Positions 1-9,514 of a DNA stretch of 64,000 nucleotides are shown piece by piece. Below the pieces are notes generated by a model. That model was given only the letters and a program-made list of their open reading frames with translations, was not told where the DNA came from and searched no databases. Position 1 is the first letter of the stretch, and every line of letters begins with the position of its first letter. Made by a program: the position numbers and the translations under genes. The stretch is from an uncultured Dehalococcoidales bacterium (GTDB taxonomy: Bacteria; Chloroflexota; Dehalococcoidia; GIF9; UBA5629), in assembly GCA_964548415.1 (NCBI GenBank), contig CAZJQG010000007.1, positions 3,385-67,384 on the forward strand, in the 5' to 3' direction.

Positions 1-1076
1 AACCAGTCACTGCCTTTATTTATTATCAAAGGCACGTTCGCCCAGGTCTCCACATTGTTCAGATTGGATGGCCGGTCCTTGATACCGCTTATCGCAGTAT
101 GTATATATTTCAGCTTGGGTTCGCCCACTTTTCCTTCGATAGCCGCCATCAGTGCGCTCGATTCGCCGCTGACAAAGGCGCCGGCCCCCCTATGAACCTT
201 TACATGAAAATCGAAACCGGAGCCGAGGATATTGTTACCTAAAAGGCCATACTCTTCAGCCTGTTTTATGGCCCACTCTATATTCGAACATGCCACAGGA
301 TATTCCTGCCGTACATAGATAAATCCTTGATGAGAACCTATGGTGAAGCCGCCGATGATAAGCCCTTCGAGAACGCTATGTGGATTCCCCTCCATCAAAG
401 ACCTGTCCATGTAAGCGCCCGGGTCTCCTTCATCGCAGTTAACTATGACATACTTGATCTCACCGGGAGCATTCCTGGTCTCTTCCCATTTCTTACCTGC
501 CGGGAACCCGCCGCCTCCTCTACCTCTCAAATCCGCCTTATTGATCTCCGCTAAGACTTTGTCCGGCCCCATCTCAAAGAGAGCTTTGGACAGCGCAGCG
601 TAACCGCCTATGAAGAGGTAGTCCTCTATTGACCGCGGGTCGATCCACCGGTTCGGGCCGAATACAAATCTCTGCTGGTTCTTATAAAAAGGAATATCCG
701 GTTCGCGGGCGATTTTCTTCCCGGTTACCGGATCAACATAAAGAAGTCGTTCGACTGTCTTTTTCTCTTTAGTAGCCTTGACAATTTCCTGAGCGTCCTC
801 GGCCTTTACGTTGGTATAGCAAACTTCTTCGGGATAAATTACCACCAGCGGACCGCGCTCACAAAATCCATGACAGCCGGTCCTTTTAAAATCTATTTCG
901 CCTTTTAAACCCTGTTTATCCAATTCTTGCTCAAAGGCGTCGCTTACGCTCTGGCAGCCGGATGCCACGCAGGCGGTCCCGGAGCATAAAGCGATACAGA
1001 GTTTTTTGGGATCGCGTTTACTTTCTATGTCTCGTCTTAACTCTTCCAACGCCGGTGCAGAACTTACTTTTGGCAT
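1..1076 (-). CDS. NADH-binding flavoprotein subunit, NuoF/HymB(HydB)-like; C-terminal part runs off the left edge
   Basis: Own translation of the minus strand from ATG (complement of 1074-1076): MPKVSSAPALEEL..CIALCSGTACVASGC..CHGFCERGP (N-terminal thioredoxin-like 2Fe-2S domain), then GRGGGGFPAGKKW and NCDEGDPGAYMDR (NuoF-type FMN/NADH motifs). Absent from the ORF track because no stop lies inside the window. Confidence 0.85.
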   Translation of the reverse strand, partial: MPKVSSAPALEELRRDIESKRDPKKLCIALCSGTACVASGCQSVSDAFEQELDKQGLKGEIDFKRTGCHGFCERGPLVVIYPEEVCYTNVKAEDAQEIVKATKEKKTVERLLYVDPVTGKKIAREPDIPFYKNQQRFVFGPNRWIDPRSIEDYLFIGGYAALSKALFEMGPDKVLAEINKADLRGRGGGGFPAGKKWEETRNAPGEIKYVIVNCDEGDPGAYMDRSLMEGNPHSVLEGLIIGGFTIGSHQGFIYVRQEYPVACSNIEWAIKQAEEYGLLGNNILGSGFDFHVKVHRGAGAFVSGESSALMAAIEGKVGEPKLKYIHTAISGIKDRPSNLNNVETWANVPLIINKGSDW

Positions 1077-1085
1077 AACTCCTCC

Positions 1086-1544
1086 TCATGCACATTTTTC
1101 GAGGGTTTTTTCCACATCGGAAACAGTCAGATGACCGTGATAGGCATCGCCAACCGTCATCACCGGTCCCATAGCACAGCAGCCAAGGCAATTTACCGTT
1201 TCCAGACTGAACTGCATATCTGGACTTGTTTCGCCCGGTTCAATTCCGAGGACCTGCTGTACTCTATCCCTAACGAGTGATGCTCCTCGTACCTGGCAGG
1301 CAGTGCCCATGCAAACCCTTACGCTGTGTCTTCCCCTTGGTGCAAAGCTAAATGCTTTGTAGAATGTGGCCACTTGATATACGCGAGTCTGGGGAATACC
1401 CAGTTCCTTACCGACTTCAGACAATACTTCGCGCGGGAGCCAGCCAAAGCCGCTCTGCAAGTCCAACAGTATTTGAATCAGCATATCTTTATTGCTTCCG
1501 TGTTTTTCCACAACTCTGTTTACTATACTTGATATTCCGGTCAT
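1086..1544 (-). CDS. NuoE/HymA-like thioredoxin-like [2Fe-2S] ferredoxin subunit
   Basis: Track ORF 1086..1595 has CMGTACQVRG and NCLGCCAMGPV, the NuoE-family cysteine pattern. Its stop lies 10 nt before the NuoF-like start. ATG at 1544, preceded by GGGAG-N7, is a likelier start than the TTG at 1595. Confidence 0.85.
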   Translation of the reverse strand: MTGISSIVNRVVEKHGSNKDMLIQILLDLQSGFGWLPREVLSEVGKELGIPQTRVYQVATFYKAFSFAPRGRHSVRVCMGTACQVRGASLVRDRVQQVLGIEPGETSPDMQFSLETVNCLGCCAMGPVMTVGDAYHGHLTVSDVEKTLEKCA

Positions 1545-2047
1545 TTCGTTGCTCCCTTCTTCATTGGCTCTCCCTGATAACGCCTGGACGTTCAATGCCC
1601 AGATGTGTAGCCTCGTAACGGAGAAAAATTCAAGGTAATTATAAAAAGATGTAAATCAACAACCTTCGAGTAGTTATTACAGGCATTGAGTTACTGCAAC
1701 TGATTCTATTCGCTGGCACCGATTCGACTGTGAAGCAGGTGCTATTGATGCGCTCCCGTCGGCATAGTCGGTGTGTATGAAAACTACAGCGAATGCTCTT
1801 CCCTACTAAGACCTTAAGTTGCCCCCTTCATCGAATTAGGCCCAAAACCGCATAATTCTATCACTTAGGTATTTTTACCGTCAACTAGTGCTTTTTTACT
1901 TAATACTTTTTACCTGGTAAGAAAGCTTAAAAAGAGGTACCCAATTTGGTGGTCAACGATTATGGTACCTTGTCTAGCGACCAAGAAAAGCGCGTGCTAC
2001 ACAAACAGTTGATAAAAGGCGGGAAGGCTGTCAATAGGCTACTCAAA

Positions 2048-2077
2048 TTGGAAGAAACGGACTATGACGGCTATAAT
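2048..2077 (+). promoter_or_regulatory. candidate sigma70-type promoter of the radical SAM gene
   Basis: TTGGAA (2048-2053), 18 bp spacer, TATAAT (2072-2077). The -10 overlaps the TTG the ORF track used as start, which argues for ATG 2095 as the real start. Confidence 0.4.
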
Positions 2078-2094
2078 TGATTTCTCTACCAATC

Positions 2095-3933
2095 ATGAAC
2101 AGCCTCGAAGATATTCTCTATGACGTCTCCCGGCCGGCGCGCTACAGCGGCGGCGAGTGGAACAGCCGGGTCAAGGACTGGCAAGCGACCCCGCTCCGAA
2201 TAGCCCTGGCTTTTCCCGACGTCTACGAAATCGGCATGTCCAACATGGCCGTGCCCATACTTTATAAAATAATCAACGATCAGCCCGATGTTCTGGCCGA
2301 AAGAGTTTACGCCCCATGGGTGGACATGGAGGTGCAGCTTAGACAGCATAAGATACCACTTTTCAGCCTGGAGACCAGGCGGCCCTTGAAAGACTTCGAT
2401 GCCATCGGCTTCTCGCTGGGATATGAGCTTACCTACACCAACGTACTGAATATGCTTGACCTGGCCGGTATCCCCGTGTTCAGCGACCAGAGGGATGATT
2501 CATATCCGCTCATTATTGCCGGAGGCAGCTCCGCCCTGAATCCGGAGCCGATGTCGGACTTCGTAGACCTGTTCGTTATGGGAGAGGCTGAGGAAGTCAT
2601 ATTAAAACTACTCGACGTCTTCCGTTCTTTTAAAGGCAATAAAAAGCTAGTGCTCGAGGCAGCTGCCAACCTCCATGGTGTTTACGTGCCCGGCTTCTAT
2701 GATGTCACCTATCAAAAAGACGGCAAGGTAGACGCTATCATCCCCAGAAACGCCGCTGCCGGACTCCCAATTGAACGCCAGATATTGGCCTCGCTATCTC
2801 AGCAAGTTATCGACTCGGTAGTACCGCACATAAGGATAATCCATGATCGCGGCGGTGTAGAAATCCAGCGTGGATGCAGCCGAGGTTGCCGTTTCTGTCA
2901 GGCGGGCATGATTTATCGACCGGTCCGCGAGCTGCCGCAAAAACAAGTGATGGACGCCGTCGACGGGCTAATAAGTAACTGCGGGTTCAACGAGATTTCG
3001 CTGGTGTCACTGAGCACGGGCGATTACCACGACATAAGCGGCCTGATCGGCCAGCTTACTCGAAAATATAACAAGGACAACCTTACCCTTTCTTTACCCA
3101 GCCTGAGGATTGACCCTAGCTCGATAGAACTTATAGAATCGCTGCCCCATCGCCGGAAGACCACGCTCACCTTTGCTCCGGAGGCCGGTACTGAAAGGCT
3201 GCGCCAAGCCATAAATAAAAATATCTCGGAAAAGGACATGTTTGCGGCCTTCACATCGGCCTTCGAAAAGGGGTGGTTTAATTTAAAGCTCTATTTTATG
3301 GTGGGACTACCTACCGAGACGATGGAAGATGTTGCCGGTATAGTGGACTTCGTAGCCAGGACCGTGCAGCTGGGCCGGAAGCTACGAAGCAGAACCCCCG
3401 GTATTAGAGTCAGTATTGCCACCTTTGTCCCGAAGCCGCACACTCCATGCCAGTGGTCGGCGCAGAACACTGAGGACGAGCTCATACCCAAGCATGAAGC
3501 TCTAAAACAGGGCCTGCGGCGGCTCAAGGTACACCTATCGTGGCAGGATACCAAAACAAGCCAGCTGGAGGCAGTTCTTTCTCGCGGCGACCGCCGGCTG
3601 GGTAAGGTTATTCACCGGGCATGGGAACTGGGCAACCGCTTTGACGCCTGGCAGGAATGTTTCAACTACGGGAACTGGCTTCAGGCATTCCAGGAAAATA
3701 CGCTTGACCCCGCGTTCTATGCCAACCGGCAGCGGAATTTCGACGAGACGCTACCCTGGCAGCACATCGACGTCGGAGTTACTCAAAATTTTCTTCGCAA
3801 AGAGTATAACGCAATGTATGCAGGCCGCGATACTGGTGACTGTCGCCATGGTCCATGCCTCCGATGCGGCATACAGAGGCGGCATCCCGATTGCCGAAAA
3901 AAATTAAAGGCAGTAGACAAGCTGGTAAAATGA
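2095..3933 (+). CDS. B12-binding-domain radical SAM protein (TIGR03960-like family)
   Basis: Track ORF 2077..3933. It has the CSRGCRFCQAGMIYRP CxxxCxxC radical SAM cluster motif after an N-terminal Rossmann-like/B12-binding-like region. Family assignment is from memory. Confidence 0.75.
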   Translation: MNSLEDILYDVSRPARYSGGEWNSRVKDWQATPLRIALAFPDVYEIGMSNMAVPILYKIINDQPDVLAERVYAPWVDMEVQLRQHKIPLFSLETRRPLKDFDAIGFSLGYELTYTNVLNMLDLAGIPVFSDQRDDSYPLIIAGGSSALNPEPMSDFVDLFVMGEAEEVILKLLDVFRSFKGNKKLVLEAAANLHGVYVPGFYDVTYQKDGKVDAIIPRNAAAGLPIERQILASLSQQVIDSVVPHIRIIHDRGGVEIQRGCSRGCRFCQAGMIYRPVRELPQKQVMDAVDGLISNCGFNEISLVSLSTGDYHDISGLIGQLTRKYNKDNLTLSLPSLRIDPSSIELIESLPHRRKTTLTFAPEAGTERLRQAINKNISEKDMFAAFTSAFEKGWFNLKLYFMVGLPTETMEDVAGIVDFVARTVQLGRKLRSRTPGIRVSIATFVPKPHTPCQWSAQNTEDELIPKHEALKQGLRRLKVHLSWQDTKTSQLEAVLSRGDRRLGKVIHRAWELGNRFDAWQECFNYGNWLQAFQENTLDPAFYANRQRNFDETLPWQHIDVGVTQNFLRKEYNAMYAGRDTGDCRHGPCLRCGIQRRHPDCRKKLKAVDKLVK

Positions 3934-4036
3934 TATTTTGGCAGGTTCCGGAGGCCGTTTGACGGCGCAATCGAACTTGACATCTGCCCCAAAAAAAGAT
4001 AATCTCTATGTTTCTGACCGATAATAGAGGTACGAT

Positions 4037-4720
4037 ATGAAACGACACGAACTGGAAGTTTCCAAACGACAAATAACGGGGAAAAAGGTAAGATTTCTGC
4101 GGCGGCAAGGCCTCGTCCCGGCCAATATATACGGACACGGCGTTGACTCTACTCCTATAAACGTAGATACGCGAAGTCTTAAACATTTGCTGGCCCATGC
4201 CGGGAAGACGGACCTGATATCACTTAAGCTCGACAGCTCGAAGGAGCCGGTAAGGGTCTTAATGCGTGAGGTCCAGAGAAACCCCCTGACCGACGAACCT
4301 TTACACGTCGACTTCTATCAGGTCAGTATGACCGAAAAAATTAAGGCCGAGGTCCCCATCGTTTTCGTAGGCGATGCGCCGGTACTGAAGAAAATAAAGA
4401 ACAGCTCCCTGCTTCATCTATTGGATTCAATCGATATCGAAGCTCTTCCGGATGACCTGCCACACAGCTTAGAGGTTGACGTTTCTCATCTGGAAGAACT
4501 CAACGACGCTTTACACGTCAAAGATATACCCCTGGGCCGTGGCATAACTCTCCTCAGCGACCCCGAACAGATGGTGGTTAAAGTAGCTGAAGCCCGCAAG
4601 GAAGAGGAAGTGGTACCTGCGGTTGCTGAAGCCGAACTCGTGGCAGAAGGTGCGGAAGCCGCTGAAGCTGCTGAAGGTGAAGTCGAAGCTAAGGCCGAAG
4701 CCGCTCAGGAAGAAAAGTAA
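4037..4720 (+). CDS. rplY: 50S ribosomal protein L25/Ctc with Glu/Ala-rich C-terminal tail
   Basis: N-terminus LEVSKRQITGKKVRFLRRQGLVPANIYGHG is typical L25/Ctc. The long two-domain form ends in AEAELVAEGAEAAEAAEGEVEAKAEAAQEEK. Confidence 0.9.
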   Translation: MKRHELEVSKRQITGKKVRFLRRQGLVPANIYGHGVDSTPINVDTRSLKHLLAHAGKTDLISLKLDSSKEPVRVLMREVQRNPLTDEPLHVDFYQVSMTEKIKAEVPIVFVGDAPVLKKIKNSSLLHLLDSIDIEALPDDLPHSLEVDVSHLEELNDALHVKDIPLGRGITLLSDPEQMVVKVAEARKEEEVVPAVAEAELVAEGAEAAEAAEGEVEAKAEAAQEEK

Positions 4721-4759
4721 AACTTACTGGCTCAGGTTCTACATTATCGAGCCCAACGA

Positions 4760-6766
4760 CTACCTGCCTTCGGTAAATAAGCGGTTTAGTGCGCTATTCA
4801 GTTGCCTGGCATCGAAAGGCTTCATTATATAAGGTAATTTAGCCTTAGACAGAAAAGCTGTCGTACGCGCGCCCATGACGTCCCCGGTAACGAATACAAC
4901 CTTGCGCGCCAACGATGGCGAGATCTTTTGCAGCCGCTTATATAGTTCTATGCCGCTCATGCCCGGCATTTTTATGTCCAGCAGTATCATCCTGTACTTT
5001 TTAGTATTAACCATTTCCAGGGCATTCTCCGCGCTATTTACAGTGTCTACCAGATGTCCTTCTTCACTTAAGACTTTTTTGATGAAGTCCGTTACTAATG
5101 GCTCATCATCTACCACCAGGAACTGTTCCCTCGTCTGCCGGTGCTTCTCCGGAGCTTCTGGTTCTGGAAGCCCCAGCTGTCTATCTTCGGTTACGATCGG
5201 AAGTTCCACGACGACGGTAGCGCCCCTTCCCGGTTTACTTTCGGCATATATTCTTCCGCCGTGCTCGGAGATAATGCCGTAACAGACGCTCAACCCCAAA
5301 CCGGTACCCTGGCCAACCTGCCGGGTAGTAAAGAAGGGCTCGAATATCCTCTCCAAATTTTCACTGGCTATGCCGCGCCCGTCGTCCTTAAAAGATATGC
5401 GGATAATGTTGCCGACCTGCTGCGTCTTAACTGTGAGCTTGCCGTGACCGCGCGCCAGGCTCATTTCGGTCTCCGCGTTTACTATTAAGTTGAGGAACAC
5501 CTGCTGCAGTTGTCCGGCATCGGCCACTGTAACCGACAAATCAGGAGACAGCTGTCTGGCAACCATTATGTTGCTGGTTTGAAGGTGGTAGGCACGCAAA
5601 TCCAGTGTAGTGTCAATAACATCATTTATATCAACATAAGTGCGCTGCGGCTTAGTTTGGCGGGCAAAGGCCAACAAACGCTGTACTACATTGGCCACCC
5701 TCTGGGCTCCGTCGTTTATTGTCTCTACATCTTTCCTGACATTATGAGGCAGGTCCTCTTGCAGCAATAACTGGGCATAACCGATGACCCCGGTTAGCGG
5801 ATTATTTATTTCGTGGGCGATACCGGAAGCCATCTCGCCGACAGAAGCCAGCCGGCTGGCGAATTGAGCCTTCTGTTCCAGCTGCTGCCTCTCTTCTTCC
5901 ATACGCTTACGCTCGGTGACGTCACGGCTGATTCCACGAAATCCGATGATCTGGCCTTCTGTATTTCGAGTCGGCAGAATCGAGTTTTCAACAAATATTC
6001 TGGAGCCATTCTTAGCTACATTTGTCACCGGAAACCACCTTTGAGGCTGGCCGGTACGATAGACATTGTTATAAACCTTGAAGACCGCTTCTATCTCCTC
6101 TTCGGGTGTATAAACTTTGTACGACATTCCCTTCAGTTCATTTTTTTCATAGCCCAGCCTGGTATATATCACGTCATTAAAAAAAGTGTAGTTTCCTGCC
6201 AGGTCCACCTCGTAGTACCCTTCATCCATCTCCTGAAGTATGGTCCGGTATTTTTCCTCCGACTGGCTCAAAGCCTCGTCGGCGCGCTTGCTCTCGGTAA
6301 TGTTACGGATAATTCCACGAAATCCGATAATCTCCCCTCTTGAATTGCGCCTGGGTAATATTGAACTTTCAATAAATATGCTGGTGCCGTCTTTGGCTAT
6401 ATTCACAGCGGGATATAATCTCCGTGGTTTGCCTGTCCGGTAAATCTCGTTGTAGACCTTATATATTGTCTTCACATCCTCCTTCGGGATGTAAGCCCGG
6501 TAATTCATGTCCATCAGTTCTTCTCTGGAATAACCTAACTGGCTACATATAACATCATTGAAAAAAGTGTAATTGCCGGCCAGGTCCGTCTCAAAGTAGC
6601 CCTCCCGCATCTCCTCCATAAGTGTCCGGTATCTTTCCTCCGACTGCCGCAGTGCTTCCTCAGCCTTAATATGCTCCGCTTCCGCCACCTCCAGCTCCGC
6701 CACTCGTTGGCGCAAACGGCGCAACTCTACCGCTGGGTCACTGTCGCCTTCGGTGTTATCTTTCAT
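4760..6766 (-). CDS. hybrid sensor histidine kinase (coiled coil, 2 x PAS, HisKA, HATPase_c, C-terminal receiver)
   Basis: H-box SGIAHEINNPLTG; N/G boxes NLIVNAETEM, DDGRGI, GTGLGLSV; receiver FLVVDDEP..LLDIKMPGMSG..MKPF. Two tandem, mutually similar PAS modules. Confidence 0.9.
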   Translation of the reverse strand: MKDNTEGDSDPAVELRRLRQRVAELEVAEAEHIKAEEALRQSEERYRTLMEEMREGYFETDLAGNYTFFNDVICSQLGYSREELMDMNYRAYIPKEDVKTIYKVYNEIYRTGKPRRLYPAVNIAKDGTSIFIESSILPRRNSRGEIIGFRGIIRNITESKRADEALSQSEEKYRTILQEMDEGYYEVDLAGNYTFFNDVIYTRLGYEKNELKGMSYKVYTPEEEIEAVFKVYNNVYRTGQPQRWFPVTNVAKNGSRIFVENSILPTRNTEGQIIGFRGISRDVTERKRMEEERQQLEQKAQFASRLASVGEMASGIAHEINNPLTGVIGYAQLLLQEDLPHNVRKDVETINDGAQRVANVVQRLLAFARQTKPQRTYVDINDVIDTTLDLRAYHLQTSNIMVARQLSPDLSVTVADAGQLQQVFLNLIVNAETEMSLARGHGKLTVKTQQVGNIIRISFKDDGRGIASENLERIFEPFFTTRQVGQGTGLGLSVCYGIISEHGGRIYAESKPGRGATVVVELPIVTEDRQLGLPEPEAPEKHRQTREQFLVVDDEPLVTDFIKKVLSEEGHLVDTVNSAENALEMVNTKKYRMILLDIKMPGMSGIELYKRLQKISPSLARKVVFVTGDVMGARTTAFLSKAKLPYIMKPFDARQLNSALNRLFTEGR

Positions 6767-6933
6767 TAAACCTCCTGAAGCCGCGATTCGGTGGATAATT
6801 TAATACGTGCTCTATTGTGCTGTTTAATACCTATTGTGTCAATACGATTTGCGATACTTTCTGCCATGTTTTAAAGAAAAAATGTTAACAAATTGTAAAT
6901 TTAGGCAAAGGTCCAGAGTTGTGGGTCTGACTG

Positions 6934-7728
6934 TTATTTGCTGTAGGTGGAAACAAAATCGCTTAAGGCATCAAAGTATGTCTGCATGCCACCGGACATA
7001 ATAGTGTCGTGGTCGACTCCGGGGATAATGACCAGGCGTTTATCTTTGGCCCCGGTGTTTTCATACAAGCTCTTGCCCTCTTCAACCGGCACAATCTGGT
7101 CGTATTCGCCATGCATCACCAGCGTTGGAATAGAAATTTTCCGTACAAGTTCCAGACTATAAGGTTTCGCAGGAATAGCAACTCCGAGAGATTTAAGGGG
7201 AAAGCCCAGATATTTCAGCAAATTGAAGACGTTGGCAAAACCGCTCTCGATAATCAATCCCGAGAATTCATTCTGATAATGCGAAGCTAGCTCGATGGCC
7301 GAAGCGCTGCCCAGCGAGCGACCCATGATAAACCGGCCGCCTGAAAATCCGCCCTGTTTTAATATTCGTTTGAAGCCTTCGAAGACCGGATGGGCATCCT
7401 TTACCATGTGGCTCAACGTTGGTTTGCCGCCGCTGCGGCCGTACCCCCGGTAATCCACCACCAGAAGGTTTAACCCTACCTTATTATATATGGGGCCGAT
7501 AGCCTGATAGTCGCTGGCTATTTCCCCGTTGCCGTGAAAGAAGAGGATGTTAGGATATTTCTTATCTCCGGCATAAAATGCGTAGGAAACTGATATATCG
7601 CTATCCACTGGAATTAAACCGGACTTCGAATCTGCGGTAAAACTATCGAAGTCCCTCCGCGGATAGAAGATAAACTCGAGTATATCCGGATTGTCCAGTG
7701 CTTCGAGTTCCGGCCACGCTTCAGTCAT
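6934..7728 (-). CDS. alpha/beta hydrolase
   Basis: FFHGNGE oxyanion region, GRSLGS nucleophile elbow, C-terminal D..H (GVDHD). Confidence 0.75.
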   Translation of the reverse strand: MTEAWPELEALDNPDILEFIFYPRRDFDSFTADSKSGLIPVDSDISVSYAFYAGDKKYPNILFFHGNGEIASDYQAIGPIYNKVGLNLLVVDYRGYGRSGGKPTLSHMVKDAHPVFEGFKRILKQGGFSGGRFIMGRSLGSASAIELASHYQNEFSGLIIESGFANVFNLLKYLGFPLKSLGVAIPAKPYSLELVRKISIPTLVMHGEYDQIVPVEEGKSLYENTGAKDKRLVIIPGVDHDTIMSGGMQTYFDALSDFVSTYSK

Positions 7729-7734
7729 TGTTAC

Positions 7735-8190
7735 TCAAATACGGATAATCTCCCCGGTAACCTCTTTGTCGATAGTAAGTATACCGAAAGACCGCCATCC
7801 CGGGCCTGGATTAAAGAACAGAACATTTCCGATCTTTTCAATCCTGGCGATATGGCTGTGCCCGTATACGATTATATCCACCTCGCCGAGTCTTCCAAGC
7901 ACCCTGTCTTGGATTCCGTTCGGGCTCCCCCAGCCATGGGTTATGCCGATTTTCCTTCCTTCAATGGTAAATATTTCCTTTTCCGGCAGCATGTTTCTTA
8001 GAGTAATAGAATCCACATTTCCGTGCACTGCCCTCACTTCGCCTATTATCTTTAGACCTTCCAGTACGCCGGAACCGACAAAGTCGCCGGCATGAATAAT
8101 CAGGTCCACATCGGAAAATGCGGCGACAACTTTAGCCGGTATTTCTTCAGCCAGATGTATATGGGTGTCAGAAAGAACGCCAATCCTCAT
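7735..8190 (-). CDS. metallophosphoesterase, YfcE/MJ0936 family
   Basis: MRIGVLSDTHIH, HAGDFV, HGNVD and GHSH calcineurin-like motifs in a 151 aa protein. Confidence 0.85.
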   Translation of the reverse strand: MRIGVLSDTHIHLAEEIPAKVVAAFSDVDLIIHAGDFVGSGVLEGLKIIGEVRAVHGNVDSITLRNMLPEKEIFTIEGRKIGITHGWGSPNGIQDRVLGRLGEVDIIVYGHSHIARIEKIGNVLFFNPGPGWRSFGILTIDKEVTGEIIRI

Positions 8191-8895
8191 CTAATTCTGG
8201 AGGGCCTGGAGATTTGCCAGAAACTCGTCGATTGCCCGATTTATTTCTGCTGGTTTTTCCACGTGGCAAAGATGGGTCCCGCCCTCGACGATCACCAGCT
8301 TTGAGCCGTCGATTTTATTTGCCAGATACTGTGAATACTTCATTGGAGTCACATCGTCGGCGCTGCCGCAAATAACCAGAGTCGGTGCCGAAATCTGATT
8401 TACCTTATCCATTATGTCAAACTTGTCACAGCACCTGAAATCGTTGAGTTGCATAGCCACACCCACTTCCATCACACCGCTAATTATTTTTTGTTTAACC
8501 CCTGGATCAACCAGGTTATAACGCGGTTCAATGATGTTTTTCATCCACGCATCTGAAGTATCCGGGCTTTGTCCAAGCAGCCTGAGGAAGTCCGGATGCA
8601 CCCGGAGTCTGGCGCCGGTATCAATCAGTATGAGGCCGCCAACTTCTTTCGGATAATTGAGCGCATACATCTGGGCTATAGCGCCACCCATGGAATGTCC
8701 CGCTATCACAAGCTGAGAGTAGTCTTTTCGACGGATATATTGGCGCAGCCAATCAACGTACTGGTCGATCGTGGTGCAAAGTTTGCCCTCGGGGTGGCCT
8801 GGCAGATTAACGGCCTCAGAATCGGCAAAATGTTCTGTTTGATAGTGCCACACCAGTCCGGTATTACCGGCTCCATGAACGAAGATGAGCTTCAT
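8191..8895 (-). CDS. alpha/beta hydrolase
   Basis: FVHGAGNTG, GHSMGG nucleophile elbow, GSADDVTP, GTHLCHVEKP. Its start abuts the stop of the MarC gene. Confidence 0.8.
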   Translation of the reverse strand: MKLIFVHGAGNTGLVWHYQTEHFADSEAVNLPGHPEGKLCTTIDQYVDWLRQYIRRKDYSQLVIAGHSMGGAIAQMYALNYPKEVGGLILIDTGARLRVHPDFLRLLGQSPDTSDAWMKNIIEPRYNLVDPGVKQKIISGVMEVGVAMQLNDFRCCDKFDIMDKVNQISAPTLVICGSADDVTPMKYSQYLANKIDGSKLVIVEGGTHLCHVEKPAEINRAIDEFLANLQALQN

Positions 8896-8896
8896 C

Positions 8897-9496
8897 CTAA
8901 GATCCTAAGACCTGTAGAATTCCCTGGCGGATCATCTTGATGGCGATGGCGGCGAGGAATAAGCTGATTATCTTTGACGTCGCGGTTACACCTCCTTGCC
9001 CCAGGAAATGCACCACGCGGTTAGCCTGGCTAAAAAGCAGCCAGCCAATCGCCAGATTTATGATGAAGGCAATTATTACGGTGTAAACAGCGTACTGGTC
9101 GATGAGTATCAACAACGTGGTAAGCACGGCCGGTCCTACTACCAGAGGAGTTCCTATGGGGACGACACCTACCATGTCCGCGCCAATCGAGGCCTTGGTG
9201 GCGTACATCCTGCCGGTTATTAAATCCTGAGCGGCGAGTAAAAAGAGAATTATGCCGCCGGCTACTAAGAAATCCGATATCTGTATACCCAGAAATATAA
9301 ATATACCTTTGCCTATGGCCACAAAACCGAGCCCCAATCCCAGCGCAGTTAGCGCAGCCAGGCGGACGGTGCGCTTGCGTTCGTCGGGCTTCATGTCCTG
9401 GGTCAATGGGATTAAAATGGGGAGCACGCCGACGGCATCCATGGCCACAAAGAGGGGCACGAAGGACAGGCCGAACTCTTGAAGAAATTTTAGCAT
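8897..9496 (-). CDS. MarC family (UPF0056) integral membrane protein
   Basis: 199 aa with about 6 hydrophobic segments. N-terminus FVPLFVAMDAVGVLPILIPLT is typical of the MarC family. Confidence 0.75.
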   Translation of the reverse strand: MLKFLQEFGLSFVPLFVAMDAVGVLPILIPLTQDMKPDERKRTVRLAALTALGLGLGFVAIGKGIFIFLGIQISDFLVAGGIILFLLAAQDLITGRMYATKASIGADMVGVVPIGTPLVVGPAVLTTLLILIDQYAVYTVIIAFIINLAIGWLLFSQANRVVHFLGQGGVTATSKIISLFLAAIAIKMIRQGILQVLGS

Positions 9497-9514
9497 GTTA
9501 CCTTTAGCCGGTTG

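Noticed and set aside
6790-6798. GGTGGATAA DnaA-box-like 9-mer upstream of the histidine kinase, identical to the one at 20221
   Set aside because: It is a single isolated site 12 kb from dnaA with no AT-rich unwinding region. It is probably chance, or at most a DnaA-regulated promoter.
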